64,000 nucleotides of DNA. It comes from Octopus bimaculoides (taxonomy: Eukaryota). The position numbers and the translations under genes were made by a program. Every line of letters starts with the position of its first letter. Within the stretch, counting starts at the first letter, position 1. The stretch lies in NCBI RefSeq assembly GCF_001194135.2, contig NC_068987.1:36265362-36329361 (forward strand), in the 5' to 3' direction. Below are positions 51,098 through 64,000 of the stretch, piece after piece. The notes beneath the pieces were generated by a model. It saw only the letters and a program-made list of their open reading frames with translations, searched no databases and was not told the origin of the DNA.

Positions 51098-51966
51098 CAT
51101 ATATAAACGCTTACATGTATTTGTAGATATGTTTATGTGTCACTGTCTATGAAAACGCTATAAACATACTATAGGTATGCGGCAGTAAAACACACACAGA
51201 TTTATAATCAGTCTTTTAGATTTATTGCTTGAACGTTCGAATTTTACTAATTTAGCCAGCCATCAGACCCTGTGTTCTTTTTCTTTGATGCCACTATAGA
51301 ATAGATTTGCAATAATGTGGTATTTAACTCGATTACGAACTGCACAATCTTGTTATAGGAGATTTCTCTGGAGAATTTATCAACTCAAATTCAACTGCTG
51401 AGCAGTCATTTTGAAGATGACTGGTCCACAGTTTTCACCACCCTCTGCTTCTCTACTTTTCTCTTTATCTGTCTCCCTCACTCTCTCTCTCTCTCCTTCC
51501 CTCTCCCTTTCATGCACATATACATACGCTCCTCCTCTCACTCACAGACACACCTGCAGGTTTTTCCTTTCTTTCTCTCCCACTCTCTCTTTGTTTCTAA
51601 CACACTTTGTGTATATGTTTTACTACAACTTTCCCTGTCTTTCACTTTCTAGTTCAGAATTTTTATTTATATTTAATGTGCTACGGTTTTTCCCTGTCTT
51701 TCTCTCTCTTTTTATCTCTCCCTTTCTCTTTCTCTTTCTTTCTTTCTCTCCCTCTTTCACTCTCCATCTCTCTCTCTCTCTCACCACCTCTCGCTCCTCC
51801 TTCCTTTCTTTTTCTTTTAACCTCTTGCTATTTATATGTTTATTTATCAATATGATAGTTTGATGAATTTCTATATATACGTTCCTGAACCAATTTAAAT
51901 ATAATTCTGTGGCTATATCTGTATCTAACTATCTGTATGTATGTTGACAATCAGAAAATCTATCAA

Positions 51967-52002
<36 letters not shown>

Positions 52003-53222
52003 TGTGTATGTGTGTTTGTTTTGTGGTGCGTGCATATGTGAGTTCGTGTGAATGGCCCTATATACGTATATATTTCACTAACTTTTATCTACAGGCCTAT
52101 TTTATCTATGAAGTTAAATATATTTCTTCAGTTTTATATCTTTCCACCCTCTAGTCTGCTTGCCTGCTTGTGATATAGCTCTCTATACATGTACCAGCAT
52201 ATAAGGCTACCTAGCTCTCAAATTATATCTGCATGCGTATCTCCATGTGTCTGACTGTTGTTCCGTCGTGATATATATATATATATATACACACGTGCAA
52301 ATACAGAGAATAACAGGAACATATAAAACCTTTCTCATAGCCATGTATAACACTCTCCCTAATTTAGTTATATATCACACAGCTTCTTAGAGCAACCTTC
52401 ACTCAGAGATAATTGATTCCTGACAGTGCTTAACCACTTTAAGTAACAAATGAAATAGAAAGTTGAGAGAGGAGAAAAAAGGCGAGGGAGTAAATGAAGA
52501 AAATGAAGTAGACAAAAATATTGTAGGACTCTCCTGCTTTATCAATAACTACCAATATACGACAACTATTTCTAATGTAACGTCAATGTCTCGGGTTTGA
52601 TCACACTGTTCAAAGTCTTAGGTTTTATACGATCGATGAACTTACACTACATAGCAACCAAACCTCACAACCATCTCGCTCTACATTCTTGAATATATTG
52701 TGAAATATATTATTGATATAACGCAGCCGGCATAGTAACTACTGAATGTCTTCAAGCCTGCTCTGGAACTAAAGAATGCAATCAGTTTTACGGCAAGTCA
52801 AAAATAAAGGCCTCTGCGCGATCGTTTAATAGAAAGATCATAACGTTATTTTCTCTGAAATGACAAACGTTTATATAGACGCTAAGATACTGTTCGATCG
52901 TTTTTATATAAACATTTCAAATGGTGAGGCAGCTATGGATTCCAAAGAAAGTTAATTGCCACCAGATGTACATATAAAAATCATTCTTAAAAGCAATTTC
53001 TTCACTTCAGAGAAGTTGCCATTTGCATGGGGACTGCCGTATCGCTAGTTGATAGAGGAGGTAAAAACCTACCGCCATAGATAACAGTTGCTTGTCTTTG
53101 TGATGAGAGGTCCCGGTAAAATTGAACATTTCCTTTAAAATTATGGAAACAGAAGAATGTTAACGTCTCTTCTATGTAAAATAGCTCACCTGGAGCGCCG
53201 TTAATGGTAGCTATATAAAGCA

Positions 53223-55157
53223 CTAGCAGTAATACCTGCCGTTGATTGGTTAAGAACTTTTACTGTTTCTCGGGAGCTATATTCGAAGTATTATTATATA
53301 TATCATTTACTCCTCCTGTATGTGTGTATTTTTATGAGGGAAACATATGTGATAACTGAAGTAGAAAAAAGATCAATTTTATACCTGAACTTGTTTGTTT
53401 ATGATATGCAATAATGAGCTGTATGTGTTATTTTATTTATCAATACGGTAATGGCAATTATATAATGCAAATCATTTAAATAGGTAATTTACTCTTTCTT
53501 GAATGTAATGATAGTAATGGTAAATTAGTTTAATGGAGTATTCATGTTGCATTAAGAGTTAATATTTCTTTATAAACAATGGTTTTGTTTTATTTCGGAG
53601 TGCATAAGCAAAAAGATTTACTTTTGCTCCCACACATGATGCTCCTACATAAAGTTGGCCATGTGAAAAGCATGGTTCTTCAAGCTGCAATCCAGCAACC
53701 TTTAGTGTTTGGCCCTGACTTATATTATTGCTCATGGCAAAAGAAACACGGATTGGAAACTGTAACCCCTTAAATATGACTGGGACATTAGATGACATAA
53801 CTGGTATGCGATGAAAGAAGACAGTCTTACCTTTACTCCAACTAGTGAGAATATTTGCTTCATGAGTTTGTTCACAATTAATCTTGTACCATTACATAAT
53901 CGTGGTTGAGACAAATTATGTAATAGCATAACAGGAAACCATTTTTTTCGGCGGAAGACAATCAGGAGCTGTATCTGGTGGTTCTACTGAGTTCAAAAAT
54001 TCGACGCGGTTGTTAACAATATACTGAGCATCAACAACTTGGTCAATTTAGTTATAAGTGCATATTTCTTCCGGAAGTTTATTCAGTAGCATATTATTAA
54101 TGTTACGTACAGCAACATCTTTTGGAGTCTACGTTGCTTGCTGACAGATCCAATCTGTATTGTAATTATGAAGAAGATTAGGAAAGATTTCATCCAACAA
54201 ATCACTGATGGAATCAGTTGAATTACATATCGGATTGCGTGTAAGAAACTGTTCTTCATCAGTTGGAACTCACCCTTCACCGAGTTTCAAAAGCTGCTCT
54301 GCAAATTAATTGATCTCTTGAAAGTCTCGATCTCATATAATAACTGGACAAAAAGATTCCTTTTACTTCCACACGTGACACTCCTACATAAAGTTGGCCA
54401 TGTGAAAAGCATGGTTATTCAAGTTGTAATGCATCAACTTTTAGTACTCTGCCCTGAGTTTTATTAATGCTTATGGCAAAGGAAAGTGGAATAGGAAACT
54501 GTAACCGCTTAAATTGGAATGGCACTACAGATGGTTTAACTGGTATACGAGGAATGAGGATGGTCTTCTCTTTACCATAACCAGTGAGAATATTTGTTTC
54601 AATGCAGTACTTCATATGTTTGTGCATAATTAATGTTGCACCATTGCATAATTTTTGTTGAGACAAATTACGCAGCTCCCACACGTGATGCTCCTACATA
54701 AAGTTGGCTATATGAAAAGCATGGTACTTCAGGTTGCAAACAAGAAACTTTTAGTGCTTGGCCCTGAGTTTTATCAAAGCTCATAGCAAAAGAAAGACGG
54801 ATTGGAAACTATAACGACTTAACTTGGAATGGGACATTAGATGGTATGATTGGTATGCGAGGAATGAAGACGGTATCACATTTACCCCAACCAGTGAGAA
54901 TATTTACCTCACTACAGTTCTTAAGTTTGTGCACAATTAGTGTTTTACCAATGCATAATTTTTGTTGAGACAAATTATGCAATAGTATAATAGGTTCCAC
55001 TGAACCAAGTACTTTCATTGTGCTGAAGAAAGAAAGCGACAGAATTTTGAATTCATATTTATAGAAAAATCATAATAGCTTCCCCTGAACCATTTAGTTT
55101 CACTTTGCTGCACAAACAAACAAACAAATAAACGGACAGAATCTCTCTTATATATAN
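53223..55157 (-). mobile_element. Non-autonomous Helitron with PIF1-helicase C-terminal remnants
   Basis: 3' CTAG|T terminus at 53223-53226; 5' TATATA-AGAGAGATTCTGTCC end runs into the gap at about 55157. LHNLSQPRLCNGTRL, LQFPIRVSFAMS, QGQTLKVAG, CFSHGQLYVGAS and EFLNSVEPP are present. Confidence 0.88.
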
Positions 55158-55970
55158 NNNNNNNNNNNNNNNNNNNNNNATATATATATATATATATACT
55201 TAGATATAGGTTTGTTTTTCAGAAGAGTAGAGAGGTTTGGTACTACATGCAGGTACTCTTATATGTAAATATAGCAAACAACGAGTGAGCATAACGTTGT
55301 TCCAACCAAGATTATAACGGTTATAATGAGCAACACTTTCCCTGGTTCCTAGTCCCTCTGATAAACTTTTTAATCACAGACTAAGTGTTTGTGCTGCTGA
55401 TGAACTTTCCCTTCTTACCATTGGCTGTCATTTCGGTTCATTTACTTGAGACACCATCGTAAGAAATATGTGTCGTCTTCAGAAGTACTGCTATTGAAAC
55501 CCAAAATTACTTTAACGTATAGTTGCAATGACATCGGTATGTAAAAATGGGCACAGTTAACTACTGTAGTTTTGTGATGTTCAATGCAATGTTTTCTACA
55601 CACAAATTCAAGCAGGGGACAAAAATAGTGGAATTTATGTTGCGAAAGTAATGCGTAATTAGACGTGTTGATCAAATGACTAAATCATATTATTCTATTG
55701 TTGTTTACCACCTTCGTGCTCGTGGATCTTCCATGTGCATTAACCTATCATAAAATCTATTCAATTATGTGATTTATTAATGTAATTTACTAATCATAGT
55801 TGGGATGAATGATATTTCGTTGCATATTCAAAATAAATTTGCCACTACTTTCAGTATAGATTGACACTAATATTAAATGCTTAGTTGTTATTCTTAAAAG
55901 AGATCGAAAGTAATCGCATTATTTAACACACGCATGCACACACGCGCGTGCAATTTTAACCATATGTATG

Positions 55971-56031
<61 letters not shown>

Positions 56032-56061
56032 ACAAATACACACACACACACACACAAACAA

Positions 56062-56092
<31 letters not shown>

Positions 56093-56799
56093 CACACACA
56101 CAAACACACACACTCACATATATATGCATATGGAGGCGTGTATTACCATCTATAAATTTCCTTGAAGCTTCTTCAAATAAAATTATTTGTGATTTATTGA
56201 AAATCTGACTGTTGCTGCAGTCATTTGTTCATTGGCCTGTTTATTTGTAGTAGCACACATGCCCAGTTCATATTTCTGGACATCCACGTTGTCATCTGTG
56301 TTTCTGTTTGTTTGAAATGATATATGCAGCCTTACATTAGGCACACGCACTGTGACTAGTGTAGAACGTATCACAAGAAATTCAATATTCGGGCTTTAAA
56401 TTTATAAGTTATTACCTAGATGTTATTTCCATTTGTTATTACGATACGTCGTTTATATATTTCAATTTATACTGCTTTCAGTTATGAACATTAAATCTAT
56501 TATTGTCAATAGATCAACACCAATCCAACTGTTAAGGGTCGAAACACATCCAACAATATACATTGAACATTATGTACTCTTCTTTGAGAGTCAAAGTTTT
56601 ATTATTTATTTATTCTTTGCTGCTGTTTAGCGCCAGACCTGCTATCTGAACAATATCTGAACTTACTGTGTTGTATTAGTGTTCTTACGTTCTATTATAG
56701 CTAAATTTTTCAATCAAATCCAGATTAACTGTGGGGAACAACCAATCAGCCACTAACAACAAAATACATATTAATCGACATCACTTATATATTAGCGAT

Positions 56800-57480
56800 C
56801 ATGCGTTCGACTACCATTGTAATAGAGATCATATTCACTGACACATCATTAAAAGATATACACTTGCCATCTAAAAAGAAATATTTAAAACCTCTTACCG
56901 ATAAGACCAACTCCTTTACACGATTTATACAAAGGAGAGCCTATCAATTCCAAAGTGTTAAAGATAATAATGAACACGTTAGCAATGTGAGTGACCTAAG
57001 GCATGGATTTATATCTCGCAATAACCAACTCTAGGGAACACATTTGCAGATTTCGTAAAACTGGAACTTTAAGTTTCACCGATTCTCTTTGAGAAGGAAT
57101 GAACAGTTAAGGAACTGCACCTCTTGACTAATGAACTTAAGAAATCAGGTATTCTTGTCCACGTTGATAAGACTGGAAACCTTTATAATGTGGCCTTTAA
57201 TACATATAAATCTCTTATAGGAAGGTTCTTTTAAAGGACAATAAATTTTCTTCTAACAATGTTTATTCGATACTAACGTGGTAGGAAAAGATATTTTATT
57301 GGTTTGAACGATATTTCGACATCTCACCTGTATTTGTGGAGTTCAAAATGAAAAATGATATACAGAAATTCAAAATTATTGAAATTCAAATTAAAAAGTT
57401 TGAACGAGGGCAACGTGCATTCGCAGTCTTTCATTTTCAAGGTTGCAACTGGCATAAAGAAAGGAAATAGAGAAAATATA
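56800..57480 (+). mobile_element. Internally deleted PLE (N-terminus joined to endonuclease remnants)
   Basis: SLKDIHLPSKKKYLKPLTDKT...RRAYQF; VDKTGNLY; decayed YLWSSK segment. Confidence 0.65.
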
Positions 57481-57556
57481 AAAGAAAAAGTAGAATATTT
57501 AATCAAACAGTTTTGTATGAACATGATTAAGTTCTAATGTCATCTTGCTCATCACC

Positions 57557-58136
57557 TTCAGGGCGTGATGATAATAACTCACTAATATATTTCTTCTCCT
57601 GCATTTTGAGGCCTGGACGTGTAGCATATTCAGGTCTTTTTCAAAATTACAGCCGTTTCTTGAAATAGAAATTGGTAAAATGTGGAACCTCAAAACTAAA
57701 ACAATAACTATTGTCATAGGTGCCCTACGAATGATAGCAGAAGGACTGATTGTTACCTATCTCAATATCAAGAAATCCCAAACTGGAAAATTTTTTTTAA
57801 AGTGCTCCTAGAAACAGCTCATATCGTATGAAAAATATTGCCAATGTCATTTCCAAAACTTTTTAATCTGTATATATTATCAAAAGTATTTTAAATGTAC
57901 ATTATAGCAATCACTTTTTACTGTCATGTGAAGATCACACTATCATCTTATCATCGAATTATTTTTTTTAATAAAACTGTTAATTTTTTTATATTTTGTC
58001 AGTCATTCTCTAGCACAACACTGTACAAAACTAAAAATATGGAACCTTAGTCATAATACCAACTTTATCTCCAAGATTGGTGTCTCTTGAGTGAGACTTG
58101 GAGTCAACTCGTACAAATAAAAACCAAAAGCCAAAC

Positions 58137-58214
<78 letters not shown>

Positions 58215-58865
58215 TAACAATAATAATATATGTATAGTAATAATTGTGAAACTATAGTAGTAGAAAAAGTACATAATGAGATAGGGACTATAGTAGTAGT
58301 AGTGAAATTATAATAGTGAACATGTAAATAATTGCCCAAAATGATTAACAAGCGGCGTTGGGAAACAGTCCAATCGTCGGCGACTAAACCCGAAACCCCA
58401 GTGAGCTTGCTTGGTAAGGAGGGTGGATTTTCGTCACCCTGTCAAAACAGTTTTTTTTTTTTTTTAAAGTAATTCGATGATAAGATGATAGTGTGATCTT
58501 CAAATGACAGTAATAGGTGATTGCTCTAATGTACATTTAAAATACTTTTGACAATATATTTCAAACGATATAAGTTGTTTCTAGGAGCACTATTTTTGAA
58601 TTTCTTCCAGTTTGGGATTTCTTGGTATTAAGATAGGTAACAATCAGCCCGTTTTGCTATCATTCGTAGGGCACCTATGACAATAGTTATTGTTTTAGTC
58701 TTGAGGTTCCACATTTTACCAATTTCTATTTCAAGAAACGGCTGTAATTTTGAAAAAGATCTGAAAGTGCATATTCTCAGAAAGCATTCTGAATTTGCTA
58801 CACTCTCGGTCCTTAAAATGCAGGAGGAGAAATATGTTAGTGAGTTATTATCATCACGCCCTGAA
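57557..58865. repeat. About 420-bp inverted duplication (57557-57981 / 58446-58865)
   Basis: The arms share the LINE segment and about 100 bp of flank on each side, with two reciprocal indels of about 30 bp. Confidence 0.92.
57658..58227 (+). mobile_element. 3' end of RLE LINE family B with (AAT)n tail
   Basis: LEIEIGKMWNLKTKTITIVIGALRMIA; 3' UTR GTGAGACTTGGAGTCAAC; (AAT)n at 58139-58227. Confidence 0.85.
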
Positions 58866-58869
58866 TAGG

Positions 58870-59175
58870 AAATATGAATGTTGCGATCAATGAGAAGAGT
58901 AGACGTGATACCATTAGTAATTGGCGCTCCAGGAAGTATCAGCATTCAGCTATCATTATGACTCAAAAAGATTAGTACAAATGTAAAGATAGAACACATG
59001 CAAAAATCAGCATTGCTTGGGTCTGGAATAATACTTCGCAGGGTTCTTGAAGCAAGACCAATAAACAACTGTCCTTAGTTTGCTGGCTTTGGAGAGCAGA
59101 CACTTTCCATCATACCTAGCAAAACAGGCTGAGAGTTTTCATGAAATAACAACAACAACGACAATAATAATAATA
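58870..59175 (+). mobile_element. 3' end of RLE LINE family C with (AAC/AAT)n tail
   Basis: RRVDVIPLVIGAPGSIS...KIEHMQKSALLGSGIILRRVLEA. Confidence 0.82.
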
Positions 59176-59559
59176 GCAATTGAGATAAAAATAAGAAAAT
59201 TAATAATGGTGGAAGGAATAATGACAATAATAACCATATTAATAATGATATGACCTATAATAATAAAAAGTCAATTGATATACCTAGATCGAATAGGGAC
59301 AAAAGTGTATACCAAATGTATTATATCTTTATACAGAAGTGATTTCTAGCTCACCACCTAATATTGATAATAGATGGAATGTGATATTTTCAGACGGAAA
59401 AATTTCAATACCAGATTTAACCGATTATGTAATATCCATTAGATCGCCAAAAGCTTGAAAAGAACTGAATTTATAAATGTTTAGTTACGGGAGAATGTAT
59501 TTAGTATTGTACAGGTACTTGCACCACAGAAAAATAGAATCATGTTTTGCCTTTAAATA

Positions 59560-59780
59560 TGGAAACGAAAGAGAACTTATCTTCTTTAAGTACATTCATC
59601 TGAAACCCAAAAAAGAAGAATGTTAGGTACGATATAAACTTTTCTGTAAGTCGTGCACTGCAGTCTATGGTGGGAAACTAAAATGCAATTTATGCTTCGA
59701 GAAGACACTGCATAGACTTTCATCTAAATCTAATATCATAAATGAAGTAAATGAATTCGTGTTACGATTAAAATATTTAT
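59560..59780 (+). mobile_element. PLE GIY-YIG C-terminal remnant
   Basis: KYIH...KCNLCFEK...IINEVNEF. Confidence 0.5.
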
Positions 59781-61028
59781 TTGGAAACCAGAACCTTCCC
59801 GATTAGTGAAACCTATTATAAAAGATTAGGCCTGCCTTTCTCAGTCCAGCATAATTAGTGTATTTACCATAGCTAGAATTATTTAGCAGATACGCTAATA
59901 TCTATTTTACCTAATTATCCAAGTTATTTTATTTTCCTAATTAACGTTATTATTATTACAATTGTGGTTATCATTTTGATTATTATTATTATTTATGCTT
60001 TTTTTCTGTAATTATGTTTTAATAATATCATTTTACTTTGTAATTCATGTTAAGTTTATTTTTGTCATCTTAAGTCATACTTTATCTTAGTCATAATTTA
60101 TTTTTATCATATTGCTATTACTTTGAATTTTAAATATTTATTCTCTAAAGAAAAGTAATATTTATGAAATGCTATATTTTTTTCTTAGGGAATAATAGAT
60201 TGATTATATTCCTTTAGAATTCTCAGAAAAGCATCCTGTCTTCCTGTATTTATAGTTTACATTTTCAATTAATACTAATCTAATAAAATTTGTATCGTGT
60301 CCTGAATAGCTTAGTTCTACTTATCCTCCTCTCGATATTCCAATTGATCAGTAATAGCTTAAAGGAGATATAATTTTTGCCATTAGCATTCTTTACGTTA
60401 CTCAACATGATAACGGATCCTGTCATGGTCCGATAAATGTAATTCCTGAGTAGGTTGCTTCATGAAAGAGCACTCCACCTCTTATACTGGTCAAATATAG
60501 TTAGTAACATGTACATCCTTGCAAATGTTATTATTCAAAGCCTTCCTAAGTATACGATGATGTTAAATTTCTCTATGTCTGTAGAATCTTTGTTCATCAA
60601 ATACGGGATAGATTGTTTTCATGATAATTATTATACATCGCAGAGTGTTCGAATTTGCTATTCTATACGAAACGTGCGTTAGTTGATTGAATAATATGTC
60701 TCAATTCTTTTGGGCTTTCTATAATTCTCTTATACTAAAGTGGTTTTTACTTCGGACTTATAAACTGGAGAGGCATAAGAAAGTTTATTTACGACCCACG
60801 TAGATTACAATGCCTTTCACTGGGCAACTTAGCTAAGTGTGTTCCTTACAAAGTGCTTCTCAAATCAACATCTGCTTTTCAGTTCCTCTTTCCCATCATG
60901 ATCGGAATTCATATAGATGTGTGTGTGTGTATGTGTGTGTGTGTGTATTTATGTATGTATGCATGTAAGTATGCATATATATACACATATATTTATATCT
61001 TTATGTATGTATACTTATATATGTACCC

Positions 61029-61061
<33 letters not shown>

Positions 61062-61742
61062 GGTGTGTATGTATTATGCATGTATATATATTTATGTATA
61101 TATACATGTCTGTATGCATGCAGATACATAGAGATAGAAATTGGTATATGTGAACGTATAAATATAATCTAATATGTAACCTATGTTTGTCTATGAACAC
61201 AATGCTGATGATTTCTGTGTCCTCATATCGAACTACCTATCTTTCTCCGTACCAATCTGTCTCCTTATATATATAATGTAGCACTCCACCTCGTATATTT
61301 CAGTTTTATATAGATATCAATCGATTGATGAAAAACTACATATAATTGGTCAAAGGGATGTTTACTTAGTTTGCTATCAAACCTCAGGGAATATACGTTG
61401 ATTCTTTTGACTGAATATTTACATCATTTTATGTCTGGTTTGAAGTATTAATAGCATATGCTTTAATATAAGCGGTGAGCATATGTGTGGGTTTTACGAG
61501 AGTTAGTTTGATAATGTATCAAAAAGGAAACCAAAGATTTCTATACGTATATATATATATGTAAGCATCATTGTATGAATATATGTATAAATACGTATAA
61601 TTATATATATATAAATATATATATATATGTGTGTGTATAAATATATATATATTTATACGTATTTATGCATACATATATATATGCACACATACATATATAA
61701 ATACTCACACACGCACACACATATACCTATATAGATATATAG

Positions 61743-61821
<79 letters not shown>

Positions 61822-62503
61822 NNNNNNNNNNNNNNNNNNNNNNNNNNNNNNNNNNNNNNNNNNNNNNNNNNNNNNNNNNNNNNNNNNNNNNNNNNNNNNN
61901 NNNNNNNNNNNNNNNNNNNNNNNNNNNNNNNNNNNNNNNNNNNNNNNNNNNNNNNNNNNNNNNNNNNNNNNNNNNNNNNNNNNNNNNNNNNNNNNNNNNN
62001 NNNNNNNNNNNNNNNNNNNNNNNNNNNNNNNNNNNNNNNNNNNNNNNNNNNNNNNNNNNNNNNNNNNNNNNNNNNNNNNNNNNNNNNNNNNNNNNNNNNN
62101 NNNNNNNNNNNNNNNNNNNNNNNNNNNNNNNNNNNNNNNNNNNNNNNNNNNNNNNNNNNNNNNNNNNNNNNNNNNNNNNNNNNNNNNNNNNNNNNNNNNN
62201 NNNNNNNNNNNNNNNNNNNNNNNNNNNNNNNNNNNNNNNNNNNNNNNNNNNNNNNNNNNNNNNNNNNNNNNNNNNNNNNNNNNNNNNNNNNNNNNNNNNN
62301 NNNNNNNNNNNNNNNNNNNNNNNNNNNNNNNNNNNNNNNNNNNNNNNNNNNNNNNNNNNNNNNNNNNNNNNNNNNNNNNNNNNNNNNNNNNNNNNNNNNN
62401 NNNNNNNNNNNNNNNNNNNNNNNNNNNNNNNNNNNNNNNNNNNNNNNNNNNNNNNNNNNNNNNNNNNNNNNNNNNNNNNNNNNNNNNNNNNNNNNNNNNN
62501 NNN

Positions 62504-62540
<37 letters not shown>

Positions 62541-62782
62541 TATACATTAGAGGTGTTTAAAACCTCTAAGAGATGGTTAAATCCAAAGGCGCTCCTAGTG
62601 ATTAGCTGTGTAGGTACAGGACATCGTAAAGGTATACGGTAGCAGGTAATTCAACGGATAAACCGTAGCTTAAATTATATGCAAGAAGTAAATGGAGGAA
62701 AAATAACAAGAAGAAGTTAGTCGTTTGCGCTAGTAAGCCATTAATTTAATTAAATTAATAAAGAACAGTGGTAGTAATAGTA

Positions 62783-62833
62783 CATTTACGATCGTTTCAG
62801 TTTACCAGTTGTGGTGGTAACATCATCAGAATG
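62783..62833 (-). ncRNA. Minimal type-I hammerhead, canonical core, palindromic helix III
   Basis: CAUU-CUGAUGA-UG UUACCA CCACAAC UGGUAA ACU-GAA ACGAUCGU A-AAUG. Helix I CAUU/AAUG is perfect, helix III ACGAUCGU is a perfect palindrome, and the triplet is GUA. Confidence 0.88.
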
Positions 62834-63714
62834 CATAGTCATATGTGGAGATTAGAAGAGCGAAAGGCATACGAATGCATTGGTAACGAGAGTAAAGGCA
62901 AAGAATGGTGAGTCCTCGAAGTTTTAGTCTGTCATAATGTCCTTGCCTGCTAAGTTCATAGATCTTAAGGTGGTATCCGGTCCTGTATAGTAGCTATATT
63001 TGGGAGCTTAAGGGCAAAAAACATAATAAATAGAATTTAGATTAGAATGGTGCATACTCGCAAAAACTACTTCTTACAACTCTACCAATAGACGATGCGA
63101 TCTCTGTTTAACCGAATGCCTTGAAATTCTAACTGCTAAACCGCTTCTTCTTTATAGAAAATATGAGAACAGAATTTTTTTTCTACAAGTATTGGTAAAA
63201 CCGCTTGACCCTGTATAAATCCTACACTAGCTTCTTCATCTGAATAATATCATTTAGCCGGGAACCACTTAAACTACTTACACGCAAACATTCACCTCAC
63301 AAACCCCACTTGGTTTACAAACCCTATGATAAACTATTTTACACCCAAACAGGGCTTCCTCCATTACTACGAACGTCCTACAACTTTAAATCCAAAAGAC
63401 ACATAAATACCTTACTCACGCCGGACTGAGTAATCCGAATAGAGTTAGCCCCCTTGTCACCATGTCTTAGAGTTAACCCCTTTCCTTACATCGCCGGTGA
63501 AAAGTCTAGCCAGAATAAACACGTAGAAAATATGCGTAGAAATAAACTTGGGACTACAGATCAAAATAACCTCCATCTTAAATCCAATTCGCAGCAAAAT
63601 AATCAACTAAGAAACCTACTATAATGTAAGACTTACCATTCTTTGTCTTTATTCTCGTTACCAATGTATCCCCATGTCTTTCGCTCTTCTAGCCTCTACA
63701 TATGACTGACTACA

Positions 63715-63766
63715 CATTCCGATGATGTCCACCACCACAACTGGTTAACTGAAATGATCGTAAATG
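63715..63766 (+). ncRNA. Minimal type-I hammerhead (CCGAUGA variant) in the 3' pLTR
   Basis: CAUU-CCGAUGA-UGUCC ACCA CCACAAC UGGU UAACU-GAA AUGAUCGU A-AAUG. Confidence 0.8.
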
Positions 63767-64000
63767 TACTATTACTACCACTGTTCTTTATTAATTAATT
63801 AAATTAGCTTACTAGCGCAAACGACTAACTTCTTCCTGTTGTTTTCCTCCATTTACTAATTAACTGGCCGCCAACACTTTTTTCTGCAAAATAGGGGTAG
63901 CTTATCCTGTTAAGGCTATATTATTAGTATTATCCTGCGTTTGAGAATTTTAAATCACCTCTTTATCTTTACCTCCCTAAACTTGAAGATTACCTATATA

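Larger units (their letters stand above)
62687..63857 (+). mobile_element. 5'-truncated PLE with an inverted 5' pLTR copy
   Basis: 228-nt arms 62687-62914 and 63630-63857 are reverse complements (about 85% by eye). Between them, SYIWELK...WCILAKTTSYNSTNRRCDLCLTECLEI is the GIY-YIG C-terminus. Confidence 0.9.

Noticed and set aside
53025-53049. Possible second Helitron 3' end (GCCGTATCGCTAG|T) on the plus strand
   Set aside because: No clear hairpin or associated body.
57328-57446. Apparent minus-strand exon with strong polypyrimidine tract and CAG|GTGAGA donor
   Set aside because: It overlaps a decayed plus-strand PLE endonuclease, which explains the composition; the peptide is not recognisable.
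5408-61200. ORFs rich in YI, HT, CV, SL, RE or homopolymeric amino acids
   Set aside because: They are translations of (TA)n, (CA)n, (GA)n, (TATG)n and trinucleotide microsatellites.
3484-62547. Long ORFs in the supplied track containing X runs
   Set aside because: They are artefacts of translating N-gaps, which contain no stop codons.
1-64000. CRISPR arrays, operons, rRNA or genuine tRNA genes
   Set aside because: None seen; the sequence is eukaryotic and the tRNA-like segments are SINE heads.

Overview
AT-rich (~30% GC), gap-rich eukaryotic genomic window. About 20 N-gaps occur, most flanked by (TA)n. The repeat families resemble, from my recall and not from a search, those of a coleoid cephalopod, probably Octopus. 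No intact multi-exon gene is recognisable; the best host-gene evidence is one well-flanked 54-nt candidate exon on the minus strand (6160-6213). The rest is microsatellites and decayed transposons: Tc1, DD37D maT-like, a full-length mariner fossil with both TIRs, a Helitron with a triplicated helicase segment, three RLE (R4/Dong-type) LINE families, two Ty3/gypsy fragments, tRNA-derived SINEs and at least 8 Penelope-like (PLE) fragments. The most notable signal is a set of at least 7 minimal type-I hammerhead ribozyme motifs in PLE pseudo-LTRs, several with palindromic helix III and GUA cleavage sites. Two pairs are in inverted orientation, one pair is in direct repeats, and a CCGANGA (U4C) core variant recurs. 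PLE-associated hammerheads are a known class, so any novelty would lie in these lineage-specific variants and arrangements. All three copies of one RLE LINE sit in (TATG/CATA)n tracts, suggesting microsatellite targeting.
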